A stretch of DNA of 53,264 nucleotides from positions 1-53,264 of the forward strand of contig NZ_JAAHHX010000045.1 in NCBI RefSeq assembly GCF_010672065.1, read 5' to 3'. A model generated the notes under the pieces. The model had not been told where the DNA came from, did not search any database, and worked only from the letters and a program-made list of their open reading frames with translations. Origin of the DNA: Moorena sp. SIO4A1. GTDB taxonomy: Bacteria; Cyanobacteriota; Cyanobacteriia; Cyanobacteriales; Coleofasciculaceae. The position numbers and the translations under genes are program-made. Of the stretch, positions 41,408 to 53,059 are shown piece after piece; position 1 is the first letter of the stretch; every line of letters begins with the position of its first letter.

Positions 41408-41734
41408 TGATTTTAGGGTAAACCGGTTAGCGTGTAAATTCGTAAAACCCCCTGCGTCCGGCAGGTCAGCCATCATCTGACCCTATTGTAGCTAATACCA
41501 TTAGCCTAATACGACTAATTTAGACTAATGGTTCTTATAATGGTTCGACCGGTGTAACCTATGCTTTGAGCTAGCCCACGGGAAAAATGCTTCCCTCACC
41601 CCGCTACTCCAAATTTGGTGGCAAAGTCATTTAGTTGGTATAATTTTGGATTTGATAAAATATGTTAAGACTCCCTGAATTAAATAATCAAAATTTAGAA
41701 CCTAGGGGGATAGTTGTATTGAGGTTAAAACACG

Positions 41735-41959
41735 TTGGCTAAACAAGACTTAATTGAAATGGAAGGCACGGTGACCGAATCCCTGCCGAATGCCATGTTC
41801 CGGGTTGACTTGGACAATGGCTTTAATGTCCTAGCTCATATTTCCGGTAAAATCCGTCGGAATTACATCAAAATTCTGCCTGGAGACCGGGTCAAAGTTG
41901 AACTAACCCCCTACGATTTAACCAAAGGTAGGATTACCTACCGCCTGCGTAAGAAGTAA
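41735..41959 (+). CDS. infA: translation initiation factor IF-1
   Basis: S1-like ..[30 protein letters not shown].. Apparent TTG start. Confidence 0.9.
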   Translation: MAKQDLIEMEGTVTESLPNAMFRVDLDNGFNVLAHISGKIRRNYIKILPGDRVKVELTPYDLTKGRITYRLRKK

Positions 41960-42061
41960 AACTAGCAGTGACTTCTGTTTTATTAAAAATCAGTTAAATT
42001 TGACAAGTCAACCAAAAAAAAGATATAATAACCAACTGCATTATGTCCAGAAAAAAAAGAC

Positions 42062-42175
42062 ATGAAAGTTAGACCATCTGTCCGAAAAATGTGTGAGAAG
42101 TGCCGCGTAATTAAACGCCACGGTCGAGTTATGGTAATTTGCCCCAATCCCAAGCACAAACAGCGTCAGGGATAA
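42062..42175 (+). CDS. rpmJ: 50S ribosomal protein L36 (37 aa; absent from the ORF track because it is under 60 aa)
   Basis: Translation [37 protein letters not shown]. Zinc-ribbon CxxC..C..H. Canonical position between infA and rpsM. Confidence 0.9.
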   Translation: MKVRPSVRKMCEKCRVIKRHGRVMVICPNPKHKQRQG

Positions 42176-42246
42176 ATCTCAAATCCATACACTTAATCCA
42201 TACATTTAATTTGTAGCACAAAACTTCAGTCAAGGGAGAACCAAGC

Positions 42247-42630
42247 GTGGCTCGGATTGCCAGTGTAGACCTACCTCGCGATAAACGTGTAGAAATAGGT
42301 CTGACCTACATTTATGGAATCGGTCTGTCGCGGTCTAAAGACATTTTAGCAGCAACAGGAGTTAACCCAGATACGAGGGTTAAGGATTTGACCGATGCGG
42401 AGGTGGCTGCCCTCAGAGCAGCTGTCGAAAAAAATTATCAGGTGGAAGGGGATTTAAGGCGCTGGCAGTCAATGAACATCAAGCGCCTAGTAGATATTGG
42501 TACCTATCGCGGACGTCGTCATCGCATGGGACTGCCCGTGAGAGGACAGCGAACCCGCACTAATGCCCGTACCCGTCGCGGTAGACGAGTGACTATCGCT
42601 GGAAAGAAAAAAGCACCGGCTAAGAAGTAA
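42247..42630 (+). CDS. rpsM: 30S ribosomal protein S13
   Basis: GTG start, 127 aa. Confidence 0.95.
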   Translation: MARIASVDLPRDKRVEIGLTYIYGIGLSRSKDILAATGVNPDTRVKDLTDAEVAALRAAVEKNYQVEGDLRRWQSMNIKRLVDIGTYRGRRHRMGLPVRGQRTRTNARTRRGRRVTIAGKKKAPAKK

Positions 42631-42816
42631 TAGCTCTAGTCAGCCCAACTATCCACCACAGCTTTCTTGTCATTGGTCATTCGTCAAAAGTAACTGCCAG
42701 GAGACCTTCTGTTAGTCACTTTGGACAAAGGACTTTGGACAAAAGACTTTCGAAAAAATTGTACAGGTTACTCAACCCCAAGATAATCAATCACCCATAG
42801 AGTAAAGTCAAGTGAC

Positions 42817-43209
42817 ATGGCGCGACCAACAAAAAAAGGTGGTACAAAAAAGCAGAAACGCAATGTACCCAATGGAATAGCATACATCCAGTCTACGTTC
42901 AATAATACTATCGTTACCATTTCTGACACCAAAGGGGATGTAGTCTCTTGGGCTTCAGCTGGCTCTAGTGGATTTAAGGGGGCAAAAAAAGGAACTCCCT
43001 TCGCTGCTCAGACCGCTGCTGACAGTGCTGCCCGACGAGCCATAGACCAAGGTATGCGTCAGGTGGAAGTGATGGTGAGTGGACCAGGAGCAGGTCGAGA
43101 AACCGCTATTCGGGCCCTGCAAGGAGCCGGACTGGAAATCACCCTAATCAGGGATGTAACTCCAATTCCTCATAACGGCTGCCGTCCACCCAAACGGCGT
43201 CGAGTATAA
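42817..43209 (+). CDS. rpsK: 30S ribosomal protein S11
   Basis: 130 aa. Confidence 0.95.
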   Translation: MARPTKKGGTKKQKRNVPNGIAYIQSTFNNTIVTISDTKGDVVSWASAGSSGFKGAKKGTPFAAQTAADSAARRAIDQGMRQVEVMVSGPGAGRETAIRALQGAGLEITLIRDVTPIPHNGCRPPKRRRV

Positions 43210-43361
43210 GAGTATATTTTTTGCGACCGTTAGGTTGAAAGGAAAGTAGCTTGAAAGGAGGAGGTTCATCAGGAACTTCTTACCCTTTTTACCCTTTGGC
43301 TTACTATCCCTTCAACCTGTATTCGGTTAAAGGGGTCTTATGAATAGAGGGAGGTCACTCT

Positions 43362-44306
43362 GTGGCGCAGTTTCAGATTGAGTGTGTAGAATCCAAAACA
43401 CTGAAGAACCAAAGTCAGTATAGCAGATTTGTCCTAGAGCCTCTCGAACGTGGTCAAGGCACAACGGTTGGCAACGCCCTCAGACGAGTTTTGCTGTCCA
43501 ACCTAGAAGGGGCAGCAGTGACGGCTGTCCGGATTGCTGGCGTAAACAATGAGTTTGCCACAATTGAGGGAGTCAGAGAGGATGTCCTGGAAATTATGCT
43601 GAATATGAAGGAAGTTGTCCTAAAAAGCTACACCTCTCAACCTCAGATAGGTCGAGTGATGATTACTGGGCCATCCACTGTGAGAGCTGCTCAGTTTGAT
43701 TTGCCCTCGGAGGTGGAAATTATTGCTCCAGGTCAGTATGTTGCTACCTTAGCAGAAGGGGCTAAGCTGGAAATGGAGTTCCGCATCGAAAAAGGTACAG
43801 GATATCGCTCTGTGGAACGGGGGCATGATGAATCAACAGCGGTAGATTTCCTCCAGATTGACTCTGTGTTCATGCCGGTGACTAAAGTAAATTACAGCGT
43901 TGAAAATACTCGCATTGATGGTGCTCTGGAAAAGGATCGCTTAAGTTTAGAGGTCTGGACCAATGGTAGTATAACTCCCCAAGAAGCTCTATCTCAAGCG
44001 GCTGGTACCCTGGTCGATCTGTTCAATCCTCTTAAGGAGATTAATCTAGAATCTATTAAAGATGACTATGGTGATGATGACGATCCCACCAGCCAAATCC
44101 CGATCGAAGAATTACAACTCTCGGTTCGGGCTTACAACTGCCTGAAACGAGCACAGATAAATTCTGTATCCGATTTGCTCGATTATAGTCAGGAAGACCT
44201 CCTAGAAATCAAAAACTTTGGTCAAAAGTCGGCTGAAGAAGTGATTGAAGCTCTGCAACGACGTCTAGGAATTACACTGCCCCACGAAAAATCCGCTAAG
44301 ACTTAA
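43362..44306 (+). CDS. rpoA: DNA-directed RNA polymerase subunit alpha
   Basis: 314 aa, GTG start. Confidence 0.95.
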   Translation: MAQFQIECVESKTLKNQSQYSRFVLEPLERGQGTTVGNALRRVLLSNLEGAAVTAVRIAGVNNEFATIEGVREDVLEIMLNMKEVVLKSYTSQPQIGRVMITGPSTVRAAQFDLPSEVEIIAPGQYVATLAEGAKLEMEFRIEKGTGYRSVERGHDESTAVDFLQIDSVFMPVTKVNYSVENTRIDGALEKDRLSLEVWTNGSITPQEALSQAAGTLVDLFNPLKEINLESIKDDYGDDDDPTSQIPIEELQLSVRAYNCLKRAQINSVSDLLDYSQEDLLEIKNFGQKSAEEVIEALQRRLGITLPHEKSAKT

Positions 44307-44409
44307 CCACAACAATTAAACTTAAGGGACTGGAGAAGCACGCAAGTAGCTAGTCTAAACCCTAGGAATAAAGGCAAATCTTGTTCAAAAAAAAGGAGGA
44401 AGCTAAAAA

Positions 44410-44760
44410 ATGCGTCACGGGCGTCGTGTGCCAAAACTGGGCAAGCCAGCAGATCAACGTCGGGCTCTGATGAGATCCCTGACCACTGAATTACTGCGTC
44501 ATGGTCGAATCACTACCACTAAAGCTCGGGCAAAAGCCATTCGTTCGGAGGTGGAGCGAATCATTACCCTGGCCAAGGATGGTTCATTGGCATCCCGACG
44601 TAGGGCAATTGCCTATCTCTACGACAAAAAGTTAGTTCACTCCCTCTTTGCTGGAGTGAACGAGCGATATGGCGATCGCAATGGCGGATATACCCGAATT
44701 CTGCGCACGGTGCGGCGTCGTGGTGATAATGCTGAAATATCTATTATTGAACTAGTCTGA
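44410..44760 (+). CDS. rplQ: 50S ribosomal protein L17
   Basis: 116 aa. Confidence 0.95.
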   Translation: MRHGRRVPKLGKPADQRRALMRSLTTELLRHGRITTTKARAKAIRSEVERIITLAKDGSLASRRRAIAYLYDKKLVHSLFAGVNERYGDRNGGYTRILRTVRRRGDNAEISIIELV

Positions 44761-44818
44761 GGCAATTAACCATTAAAGCAATTAACCATTAAAAATGTCA
44801 ATTGTTAATCGTTAATCC

Positions 44819-45655
44819 ATGATGTCTGCCAACGATGCTAAAGCTATCCAGCGAATTGCCCTGGTTATTCAATACCTGGGTAATAACTTTTATGGCTGGC
44901 AGCGACAACCAAAGCATCGCAGTGTTCAGTCGGAAATCGAAACAGTTCTGTCCACCGTGCAACAGCGAGCCATAACCCTATATGGTGCTGGTCGTACTGA
45001 TACAGGGGTTCACGCTGCTGCCCAAGTCGCTCATTTTAATGCCACAGGTCCCATACCAGCCCATCGCTGGGCAGCCATACTCAATAGTAGACTGCCAGAG
45101 GATATCTTAGTCCGAGCATCAGCATTAGTATCACCAGACTGGCATGCTCGGTTTAGTGCCATCTGGCGTCGTTATCGATACACAATCTATACCGACGCCT
45201 GCCCTAACTTGTTTGTGCAACCCTTTTGTTGGCACTATTATCAAGCTCCCCTTGATGAATCCCTGATTCAGGCAGCCTTAAAACCACTGCTGGGTAAGCA
45301 TCACTTGGCAGCCTTTCACCGAAGCAACTCGGGGCGATCGCATTCCTGGGTAAATGTGCAAGCAGCCGAATGTTATCGCAATGGACCATTTATTCATATA
45401 GAAATTCAAGCTAACGGATTTCTATATGGTATGGTGCGTCTGTTGGTAGGAATGCTAGTACAAGTGGGAATAGGGAAGCTAACCCCAGAACAGTTTACTG
45501 ACATCTGGGTTAACCAACAGCGGGACAAGGTGAAATACGCTTCCCCAGCCAAAGGCTTGTGCTTGCTAAGGGTTGGCTACCCAGAATGCCCCTTCCCGCC
45601 AGAAATATGGTATGATACCCAACCCAAATTTATACTACCTCAATTGACCGGTTGA
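44819..45655 (+). CDS. truA: tRNA pseudouridine(38-40) synthase
   Basis: ..YGAGRTDTGVHAAAQVAHF.. Confidence 0.9.
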   Translation: MMSANDAKAIQRIALVIQYLGNNFYGWQRQPKHRSVQSEIETVLSTVQQRAITLYGAGRTDTGVHAAAQVAHFNATGPIPAHRWAAILNSRLPEDILVRASALVSPDWHARFSAIWRRYRYTIYTDACPNLFVQPFCWHYYQAPLDESLIQAALKPLLGKHHLAAFHRSNSGRSHSWVNVQAAECYRNGPFIHIEIQANGFLYGMVRLLVGMLVQVGIGKLTPEQFTDIWVNQQRDKVKYASPAKGLCLLRVGYPECPFPPEIWYDTQPKFILPQLTG

Positions 45656-45765
45656 AGGTTACAGGTAACAAGGTTGAAGGTCACTGAATCTGTCAATAGT
45701 CAACCTTTTAACCTGTCAACCTACTAACTGACAAGGGATCCCTGGGCTAGAACAACCTGTCAAGC

Positions 45766-45792
45766 TTGGCCAAAAGGCCACGCTACGCGAAC
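45766..45792 (-). repeat. REP-like dispersed element copy, identical to the unit expanded inside the radical SAM gene
   Basis: CTTGGCCAAAAGGCCACGCTACGCGAAC in the truA-rplM spacer. Confidence 0.7.
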
Positions 45793-45833
45793 AACGTTTC
45801 AACCCAACCGTAAACCTGATATTAATTGAACCG

Positions 45834-46283
45834 ATGGAAAAAACCCACATCCCAACTCAAGACTCAATCGAAAAAAAGTGGTACGTTGTAGACGCCACCA
45901 ACCAACGTCTAGGACGACTAGCCAGTGAAATTGCCATCATTCTGCGGGGTAAAAACAAACCTACTTACACCCCCCACATGGATACTGGAGACTTTGTGAT
46001 TGTTGTCAATGCCGAAAAAGTTATGGTCACTGGCAGAAAACGCGAACAAAAGCTATACCGCCGTCATTCCGGTCGTCCTGGGGGTATGAAGACAGAAACC
46101 TTTGCCCAATTGCAAGCACGTATACCCGAAAGAATTATCGAGAAAGCTGTCAAGGGTATGCTACCTAAAAACTCTCTGGGTCGCCAACTTTTCAAGAAGC
46201 TGAAAGTTTACACTGGTCAGACCCATCCCCATGAAGCACAACAACCCCAAGAACTAACTATTAAAACAATTCCAGGAGGCTAA
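45834..46283 (+). CDS. rplM: 50S ribosomal protein L13
   Basis: 149 aa. Confidence 0.95.
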   Translation: MEKTHIPTQDSIEKKWYVVDATNQRLGRLASEIAIILRGKNKPTYTPHMDTGDFVIVVNAEKVMVTGRKREQKLYRRHSGRPGGMKTETFAQLQARIPERIIEKAVKGMLPKNSLGRQLFKKLKVYTGQTHPHEAQQPQELTIKTIPGG

Positions 46284-46288
46284 AACCA

Positions 46289-46702
46289 ATGCAAGCAGAA
46301 GAACAAGCAGGTCGCGCTGTTTACTGGGGAACTGGTCGTCGTAAGTCATCAGTTGCTAGGGTGCGTTTGGTTCCCGGTAGCGGTCAGTTGATTGTTAATA
46401 AACGTCCAGGGGACGCTTACTTTAACTTTAACCCCATGTACCTAGCCAGCCTGAAAGCACCTTTGGAAACCTTAGGTTTGGAAAATGAGTACGATATCCT
46501 AGTCAATGCCCACGGTGGTGGCTTAACGGGACAATCTGATGCTGTGCGTCTAGGGGTGGCTAGAGCCTTGTGCGAACTAGACCCAGAAAACCGCCAACCT
46601 CTTAAAATAGAAGGCTACTTGACTCGTGACCCACGGTCAAAAGAGCGCAAGAAATATGGATTGAAAAAAGCTCGGAAAGCCCCCCAATACTCGAAGCGAT
46701 AA
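46289..46702 (+). CDS. rpsI: 30S ribosomal protein S9
   Basis: 137 aa, C-terminal ..[12 protein letters not shown]. Confidence 0.95.
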   Translation: MQAEEQAGRAVYWGTGRRKSSVARVRLVPGSGQLIVNKRPGDAYFNFNPMYLASLKAPLETLGLENEYDILVNAHGGGLTGQSDAVRLGVARALCELDPENRQPLKIEGYLTRDPRSKERKKYGLKKARKAPQYSKR

Positions 46703-47059
46703 ATTATCAGCTGGCTAATTTAAAATTCAACATGGTAATTAAAAATTTGTAAGCATTCAGACCTTAGCTATTAGCTATCAGCCATTCCGAATAAACGTTT
46801 AGCTAAAAGCAATAATAAATAAGCTAATAAATTAGCTGATTAAGGGTTGTCCACAATAGCTAATGTATGGGCAATATTAAGCCACATGCCTAAGTTTGAC
46901 AGGATTGAAAAGCTGACTGCTAAGGGGCTGATAGCACCTCAAGTAGCGTACGGCACAGGCTTCTAGCCTGTGGTGTAGCGCATATCATTACCATAATTTA
47001 ACAATTAGCAATGTAAAATTAGCTAATTATATAGTAAAATACAAAGCAAAGGAGGAACT

Positions 47060-47308
47060 ATGCCAAAACCAGATATTCACCCAGAGTGGTACCCAGAAGC
47101 CAAAGTCTATTGCAACGGGGAAGTTGTGATGACCGTTGGCTCAACTCAGCCAGAACTTCACGTAGATGTTTGGTCTGGTAATCATCCCTTCTACACAGGA
47201 ACCCAGAAAATTATTGATACGGAAGGGCGAGTTGAACGCTTTATGCGGAAATATGGGATGCTGGATGGTGCAGAAAATACAGCTAGCTCTGATGGGACAA
47301 AGAAATAG
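47060..47308 (+). CDS. rpmE: 50S ribosomal protein L31
   Basis: MPKPDIHPEWYPEAKVYCNGE.., SD AGGAGG upstream. Confidence 0.95.
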   Translation: MPKPDIHPEWYPEAKVYCNGEVVMTVGSTQPELHVDVWSGNHPFYTGTQKIIDTEGRVERFMRKYGMLDGAENTASSDGTKK

Positions 47309-47528
47309 CTCCTAACGTTCAAGGGTGAAGGATGAAGGAGAAAAGATGAACCAGGAGGAATGAAGGATGAAATGGGTTTAGCGATGGCTAACTTAAGGTT
47401 GACTAAAAACTTGATAAACAGTTAGGAGTTAAATTTCCCACTTAATACTTCCCAGTTCATAATTCATAAATTTATACTTCATCCTTCCTAACTTCTGAGG
47501 CTATTTCAAGAGAGCGATCGCATAAACC

Positions 47529-48641
47529 ATGGCTGAAACCTACCTGCTGGAAAAACTAAACTCTGTCGAGCAAACCTACCATGAATTAACAAGGCGTCTG
47601 GCTGATCCAGATATCGCCACTGACCCCAATGAGTTGCAACGAGTGGCAAAAGCTCGTTCCTCCCTAGAAGGAGTTGTTGCTACCTACGACAACTGGAAGC
47701 AAACCCAAGAGGAGTTGGCAGGAGCACGGCAAATCCTTAAAGAATCCACTGGTGAGCCAGAATTGCAAGAAATGGCAGCTCTGGAAGTTGAGGAACTCCA
47801 GACCAAGCTAGAGCACCTGGAAAGAGAACTTAAAATATTACTCTTGCCTAAAGACCCGAATGATGAAAAGAATATCATGCTAGAGATTCGGGCAGGAACT
47901 GGTGGCGATGAAGCAAGTATCTGGGCAGGGGACTTGGTACGAATGTACTCACGCTATTCCGAAAGTCAAAACTGGCGAGTAAAGTTATTGAGTGAGTCTC
48001 TGGCGGATATGGGAGGCTTCAAAGAAGCGATATTAGAAATTCAGGGAGAGCAAGTTTACAGCAAGCTAAAGTTTGAAGCTGGGGTTCATCGAGTCCAACG
48101 AGTACCTGTGACTGAGGCTGGCGGTAGAGTTCACACCTCAACAGCAACGGTAGCCGTGATGCCAGAAGTTGATGACGTGGATGTGGACATAGACCCCAAG
48201 GAGATCGAAATTTCTACAGCCCGTTCTGGTGGTGCTGGTGGTCAGAACGTAAACAAAGTAGAAACGGCAGTTGATTTGTACCACAAACCTACAGGAATTC
48301 GCATTTTTTGTACAGAAGAACGATCTCAGCTACAAAACCGAGAGCGAGCCATGCAAATTCTCCGGGCTAAGCTGTATGAGATCAAGTTACAGGAACAACA
48401 GGAAGCGGTGACCTCGATGAGGCGTTCCCAAGTTGGTACAGGGGCTCGTTCTGAGAAAATCCGCACCTACAACTACAAAGATAATCGGGTCACCGATCAC
48501 CGACTGGGTCAAAATTATTCCCTCGCTCCTTTGCTGGAGGGGGACTTGGAGGGAGTGATTCAATCTTGCATTAGCCAAGACCAGCAGGAGCAATTGGAAA
48601 AATTGGCATCTTCTACATCCAACGGTGAATCTTTAACTTGA
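47529..48641 (+). CDS. prfA: peptide chain release factor 1
   Basis: GGQ motif [18 protein letters not shown] tripeptide. Confidence 0.95.
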   Translation: MAETYLLEKLNSVEQTYHELTRRLADPDIATDPNELQRVAKARSSLEGVVATYDNWKQTQEELAGARQILKESTGEPELQEMAALEVEELQTKLEHLERELKILLLPKDPNDEKNIMLEIRAGTGGDEASIWAGDLVRMYSRYSESQNWRVKLLSESLADMGGFKEAILEIQGEQVYSKLKFEAGVHRVQRVPVTEAGGRVHTSTATVAVMPEVDDVDVDIDPKEIEISTARSGGAGGQNVNKVETAVDLYHKPTGIRIFCTEERSQLQNRERAMQILRAKLYEIKLQEQQEAVTSMRRSQVGTGARSEKIRTYNYKDNRVTDHRLGQNYSLAPLLEGDLEGVIQSCISQDQQEQLEKLASSTSNGESLT

Positions 48642-48650
48642 TGCCAAGTT

Positions 48651-48677
48651 AGCTAAAGGCTTCTCGCGCCTTTAGCT
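48651..48677 (+). terminator. 10-bp perfect hairpin (AGCTAAAGGC-TTCTCGC-GCCTTTAGCT) 10 nt after the prfA stop; lacks a clear U-tract
   Basis: Direct reading. Confidence 0.3.
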
Positions 48678-49164
48678 AAAAGCCTTGCCTTATCTGGGGT
48701 TTACTCTAACTGAAGCGCAGACTAGAAAACAACAGTGTGTTGTTAGGTTTGTGTATTAAATCATAATCAAAATTTTGTCAACTAGATTTTAAGTGTTGCT
48801 TGATTTTATTGACACTCCGCGCCGAAGTAAGAACGGGGATTCTTAGTTCCTCGACATGCCTTAAAATTAGCTATCCGTCAAAGGCAATATTTAAGCCAAA
48901 TGCCCGTTAAAAACCAAACATCTAGCCTAATTTAACTAACCCCAGTGGGCTTGTCTCCCTAAGCGTTGAGTTTCCTCAGTTTCCGTGTGCCCCACGGTAC
49001 TTTTGTTTTCAAAGTTTGCTTTACTGGTTGTCGGTATCTGTTAGGATCCATACGTTTTTAATGAGGTTTTTCGCGCCTCAAGTGCTAACATCGCTTTACG
49101 TCGTGAAATTATGACAGTACCGACGAATCCTGTCTGTGTTAGGCCACTCTCTTATTCTAGCACA

Positions 49165-51051
49165 TTACTTGAAAGCCGTCCTAGAAGGACGGGGCTTGAA
49201 ACCCATCTTTTTAGTCACTCCAGAGAGACGAGTATGAAGTTGACATTGTCCAAGATAAATTTGTGCTACACTATCTCCTGGGTTCAAGCGTAGACATTCC
49301 TGAAACAGAACTGATGCCTTGGAGAAATAATGGAGATTATAAAGTACCAAGGCTTGTTCAAATTTGCTGCGAGTAATTAACTTCCCTTCTCGCAGTTGAG
49401 GTTTATCGGCATCAAAGATTTCATAAACTGTCACCATTTCCGATTTCCCCTTGACTGGTACCCGATCAATCAAGCGAATGGCATAAGCTAAGGGATTATC
49501 TAACTTCCAATAAGTATGCTGAGTGATTAATAACGGCACCCCATAACGTTTCGTTAATTCTTCTAAACGAGACGCTAAATTGACCCCATCGCTGATGACA
49601 GTGCTATCCATCCGATTTTTTCCTCCCACTGCTCCTAGCATCAACGAACCAGTATTGATGCCAATCCCAACGGTGATGGCTGGGTGTCCTGAGCTTCGCC
49701 GAGATTGATTATAGTCAGCTAGGGACTTTAGCATAGCAATTCCGGCGTTGACCGCATGATTAGCACTTTCGTTAAACAGAGCCATAATCCCATCCCCCAT
49801 GTATTTATCAATAAAGCCATGATTTCCAGTGATGGCAGATTCCATACGAGAAAGATAGGTATTGATAAATTCAAAATTTTCCTCAGGTGTCATACTTTCC
49901 GATAGGGTGCTAAAGGAGCGAATATCGGAAAATAGCACCGACATCTCTTGCTGAACATGATCCCCTAATTGAACATCGGTAATGCTTGGTTTGTTCAATA
50001 ATTGGAGAAACTGATGAGGGACAAAGCTTGCATAAGCTTGATTGACTTGGGAGAATTCCTGCTTCAAGCGTAGGTGTTCTGCTTCTGCTTTTTTGCGTTG
50101 GGTGATATCGTGAAAAGCTACGATAGCATAGGCAATGTTGCTCAATTCATTAAAGATAGGTGTTCCCCAACTTTCTATAGGGATAATTTTTTCTCCTTGG
50201 TGGATTTCCAGATCATCCAGGGTGGCGTTTTCACCTTTTAATGCCTTTACAGCAACTAATTTTTCAGCAAAGTATAGCTGATTGGTTCCGGCAACATAAA
50301 GTTGATAAACCTCTGGCATTTGCTCAGCTGTAGTTAATGGCACGACTCCCTTACCGAATAACTGCCGCGCCTTATAATTGAGGAATTCTAGTACCCCCTT
50401 ATCATTAAACACAGCCACACCCACAGGCATCCTTTCTAGAAACTGGGTCAATTGATACTGGTTCTCTAGCAGTTCGTCAACTAGGACAGTTTGCTGACGG
50501 TTTATAGCACTCAGATGCTGCCACTCTTGATTAGCTTGTTCTGGTGCTGTAGTATATTCTGAAATCTGTGCTGCTTGATCACAGATGATTTTTTCCAACT
50601 GCTGATTGAGTTCCTGAAGTTGGCGATTTTGTGCCTTCAGTGTTTCCTCAAGAAGATAAGTATGTATGGCTTCTATGACTGTCAATTTCAGGTCTTCAGA
50701 TGGACAAGGCTTCCCTAGGTAACGATATAACTTTGCATACCGAATAGCCTTGGCTGTAGCTTCCAAATCCAGATCACCCGTCAGCATAATTTTGAGAGTT
50801 TGATTAGAGAAAAAATAAGCTATGTTTAATAAGTCATCCCCTTTCAGATCAGGGATAACAGCACCAGCCAAAACTAAAGCAACTTCATACTCGTCATTGC
50901 GCAACTCTTCGACTAACTTTACAACCCCTTTACTCCCTTCAAAATTTTCAATCAGATTTTCTTTGCCGAGAGTATTACCTAGAGATATTTTTAGGTTATT
51001 GAGAACTGATGGATCATTATCAATACAAATAATTATTAATGGGTTTGTCAT
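49165..51051 (-). CDS. response-regulator receiver - PAS - class III adenylate/guanylate cyclase
   Basis: 628 aa. N-terminal receiver-like domain. PAS-like middle. Cyclase domain VLFSDIRSFSTLSE..GDGIMALF.. Confidence 0.8.
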   Translation of the reverse strand: MTNPLIIICIDNDPSVLNNLKISLGNTLGKENLIENFEGSKGVVKLVEELRNDEYEVALVLAGAVIPDLKGDDLLNIAYFFSNQTLKIMLTGDLDLEATAKAIRYAKLYRYLGKPCPSEDLKLTVIEAIHTYLLEETLKAQNRQLQELNQQLEKIICDQAAQISEYTTAPEQANQEWQHLSAINRQQTVLVDELLENQYQLTQFLERMPVGVAVFNDKGVLEFLNYKARQLFGKGVVPLTTAEQMPEVYQLYVAGTNQLYFAEKLVAVKALKGENATLDDLEIHQGEKIIPIESWGTPIFNELSNIAYAIVAFHDITQRKKAEAEHLRLKQEFSQVNQAYASFVPHQFLQLLNKPSITDVQLGDHVQQEMSVLFSDIRSFSTLSESMTPEENFEFINTYLSRMESAITGNHGFIDKYMGDGIMALFNESANHAVNAGIAMLKSLADYNQSRRSSGHPAITVGIGINTGSLMLGAVGGKNRMDSTVISDGVNLASRLEELTKRYGVPLLITQHTYWKLDNPLAYAIRLIDRVPVKGKSEMVTVYEIFDADKPQLREGKLITRSKFEQALVLYNLHYFSKASVLFQECLRLNPGDSVAQIYLGQCQLHTRLSGVTKKMGFKPRPSRTAFK

Positions 51052-51724
51052 GGCAAATTATCATCTGCAAAATTATCTTGAATTATTTAAATAAATGCCT
51101 GGCGGCAATTGATTATTATTATAATATATTTTTTTTTGTCATAACAAAATATTGCCTGCTTATTAATTGATTGGATTAAATGATTGAAGTAAATCATTTG
51201 GTGGAATTAAAGATAAACTATTATTCCCTAAACTCTTAGTTGTTTACCATTGATTAATAACAGTAAGCCATCAACAGTAAACCACAAAAAAATTACATAT
51301 TTTATTTATTAATACCAAATCACTTATCTCAAGCTATGGATTGAGCAGACAAGTTTTATTTTTTGGAGCAACATATAGTATTGTGGCGATAGTGCCCTCT
51401 ACAGTCAACACCAAAATGTAGCCAATTGCTTTTACGATTTAGCTACACTATTGACCCAATCTGCTGGAAATTTATCTGATTAAGCCACTCAATTAACCCC
51501 TAATTCCCTAGACAATCTACCTAAATACCAATAAATATCATTAAATAATTGATTTGTCAACTATCCCAAGACACCCATTTGATAGGCATGTTAGCACTAT
51601 ACATAATAGTATGTATTTGTCAATTAGCAAGTGTAGCCAGTTTAATCACGCTCATCAACCTAAATTAATTGTCTGCCTTGTTAGAAACCGCTAAAGTGTC
51701 GTTTGAGATATTGGGGAACTCTTA

Positions 51725-53059
51725 GTGATGACTATTGATCAGGTACTTGACATCCTCAAAAGTGTTGAGAAAATCAAGTTAACTCCACTTCAGGAATGGA
51801 TATTGCACCAAGCCTGGGAAGGAAAAACCTATACCGATATGGCGATCGAAGCACACTATGGCCCTGAATACCTCAGAAAGACTGCCTATAAGTTGTGGCG
51901 ATTACTGGGAGACATTTTTGGCAAAGCGATCACCAAGACCAATTTCCGGAACACCCTGGAAACAACCCCGATTACTTCCTACCATCAAGAACTAATTCAG
52001 CAATATTACCGCCGTCAATGCCTACGTAAAATTGCTGAATTTCCTAGTGGAGCACTTCCCCTACCATCTCACCTTTATATAGAGCGTCCTCCGATTGAAG
52101 AGCTTTGCTATCAAGCCATTCACCAACCCGGAAGTTTACTCCGGATTACAGGACCAAAAGAGACAGGAAAAACGTCTTTGCTATTGCGAATATTAGACCA
52201 GGCAAGAGAAAAACAATATGGCAGAGTTTACCTCAATTTTAACCAAGCAGAAACCGCCATTTTAAGCAATTTAGACCGGCTATTGCGCTGGTTATGTGTT
52301 AACATCAGTTACCAACTCCAGCTTCCCCAGCAACTGGATGACTATTGGGATAAAGACCTAGGCAGTAAGGTCAGCTGTATGAGTTACTTACAAGAACATA
52401 TCCTAGAAAAAATAGACCATCCCCTAGTTTTGGCAATGGATGAAGTCCATCGGTTGTTTGAGCATACCCAAACTGCTAAAGATTTTTTACCCTTATTGCG
52501 CTCTTGGCATGAGGAATCTAAACAACTACCGCTGTGGCGAAAGCTGCGGGTTGTTGTGGTTTACTCGACAGAAATTTATGTTGCTCTGGAAACTTCCCAA
52601 TCTCCGTTTAATGTGGGATTACCGATTAAGTTACCCGAGTTTAACAAACAGCAAATCCAACAGTTAGCTCAGCTTTATAGATTACATTGGTCAAATAGTG
52701 AAGCTGCTGGCAAACTGATGGCTGTGGTGGGGGGACATCCGGGATTAGTGCAGCTTGCTCTGTATCACTTGGCTTATCATAATATTAGCCTAGAACAATT
52801 ACTCGCTGAAGCAGCTACTGCTACGGGAATTTATAGTGACTATTTGCGGCAACACTTAAGTGTACTTAGGGCAAATCCTGATTTAGCTACTACTCTTAAA
52901 CAGGTGGTTGCAGCAGATAGGGGAGTTGAGCTCGATCCAATCAGTATCTATAAGTTACAGAGTATGGGTTTGGTGAGTGTTCAGAGAAATCAAGTTACAC
53001 TCTGTTGTAATTTATATCGTCAGTATTTTTTAGAACACCTTGATATGTTGAAGGTTTAA
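51725..53059 (+). CDS. AAA-like domain protein (cyanobacterial pfam AAA_35-type ATPase with N-terminal HTH-like segment)
   Basis: 444 aa. LTPLQEWILHQAWEGKTYTDMA.. then Walker A GPKETGKTSLL, hhhhDE LVLAMDEVH. ..VVGGHPGLVQLALYHLA. Confidence 0.7.
   Translation: MMTIDQVLDILKSVEKIKLTPLQEWILHQAWEGKTYTDMAIEAHYGPEYLRKTAYKLWRLLGDIFGKAITKTNFRNTLETTPITSYHQELIQQYYRRQCLRKIAEFPSGALPLPSHLYIERPPIEELCYQAIHQPGSLLRITGPKETGKTSLLLRILDQAREKQYGRVYLNFNQAETAILSNLDRLLRWLCVNISYQLQLPQQLDDYWDKDLGSKVSCMSYLQEHILEKIDHPLVLAMDEVHRLFEHTQTAKDFLPLLRSWHEESKQLPLWRKLRVVVVYSTEIYVALETSQSPFNVGLPIKLPEFNKQQIQQLAQLYRLHWSNSEAAGKLMAVVGGHPGLVQLALYHLAYHNISLEQLLAEAATATGIYSDYLRQHLSVLRANPDLATTLKQVVAADRGVELDPISIYKLQSMGLVSVQRNQVTLCCNLYRQYFLEHLDMLKV

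Noticed and set aside
29511-48641. Absence of rpsJ, rpsN (S14) and rpmD (L30) from the ribosomal cluster
   Set aside because: This is the normal cyanobacterial arrangement: S10 travels with tufA, S14 is encoded elsewhere, and L30 is absent. It is not a deletion.
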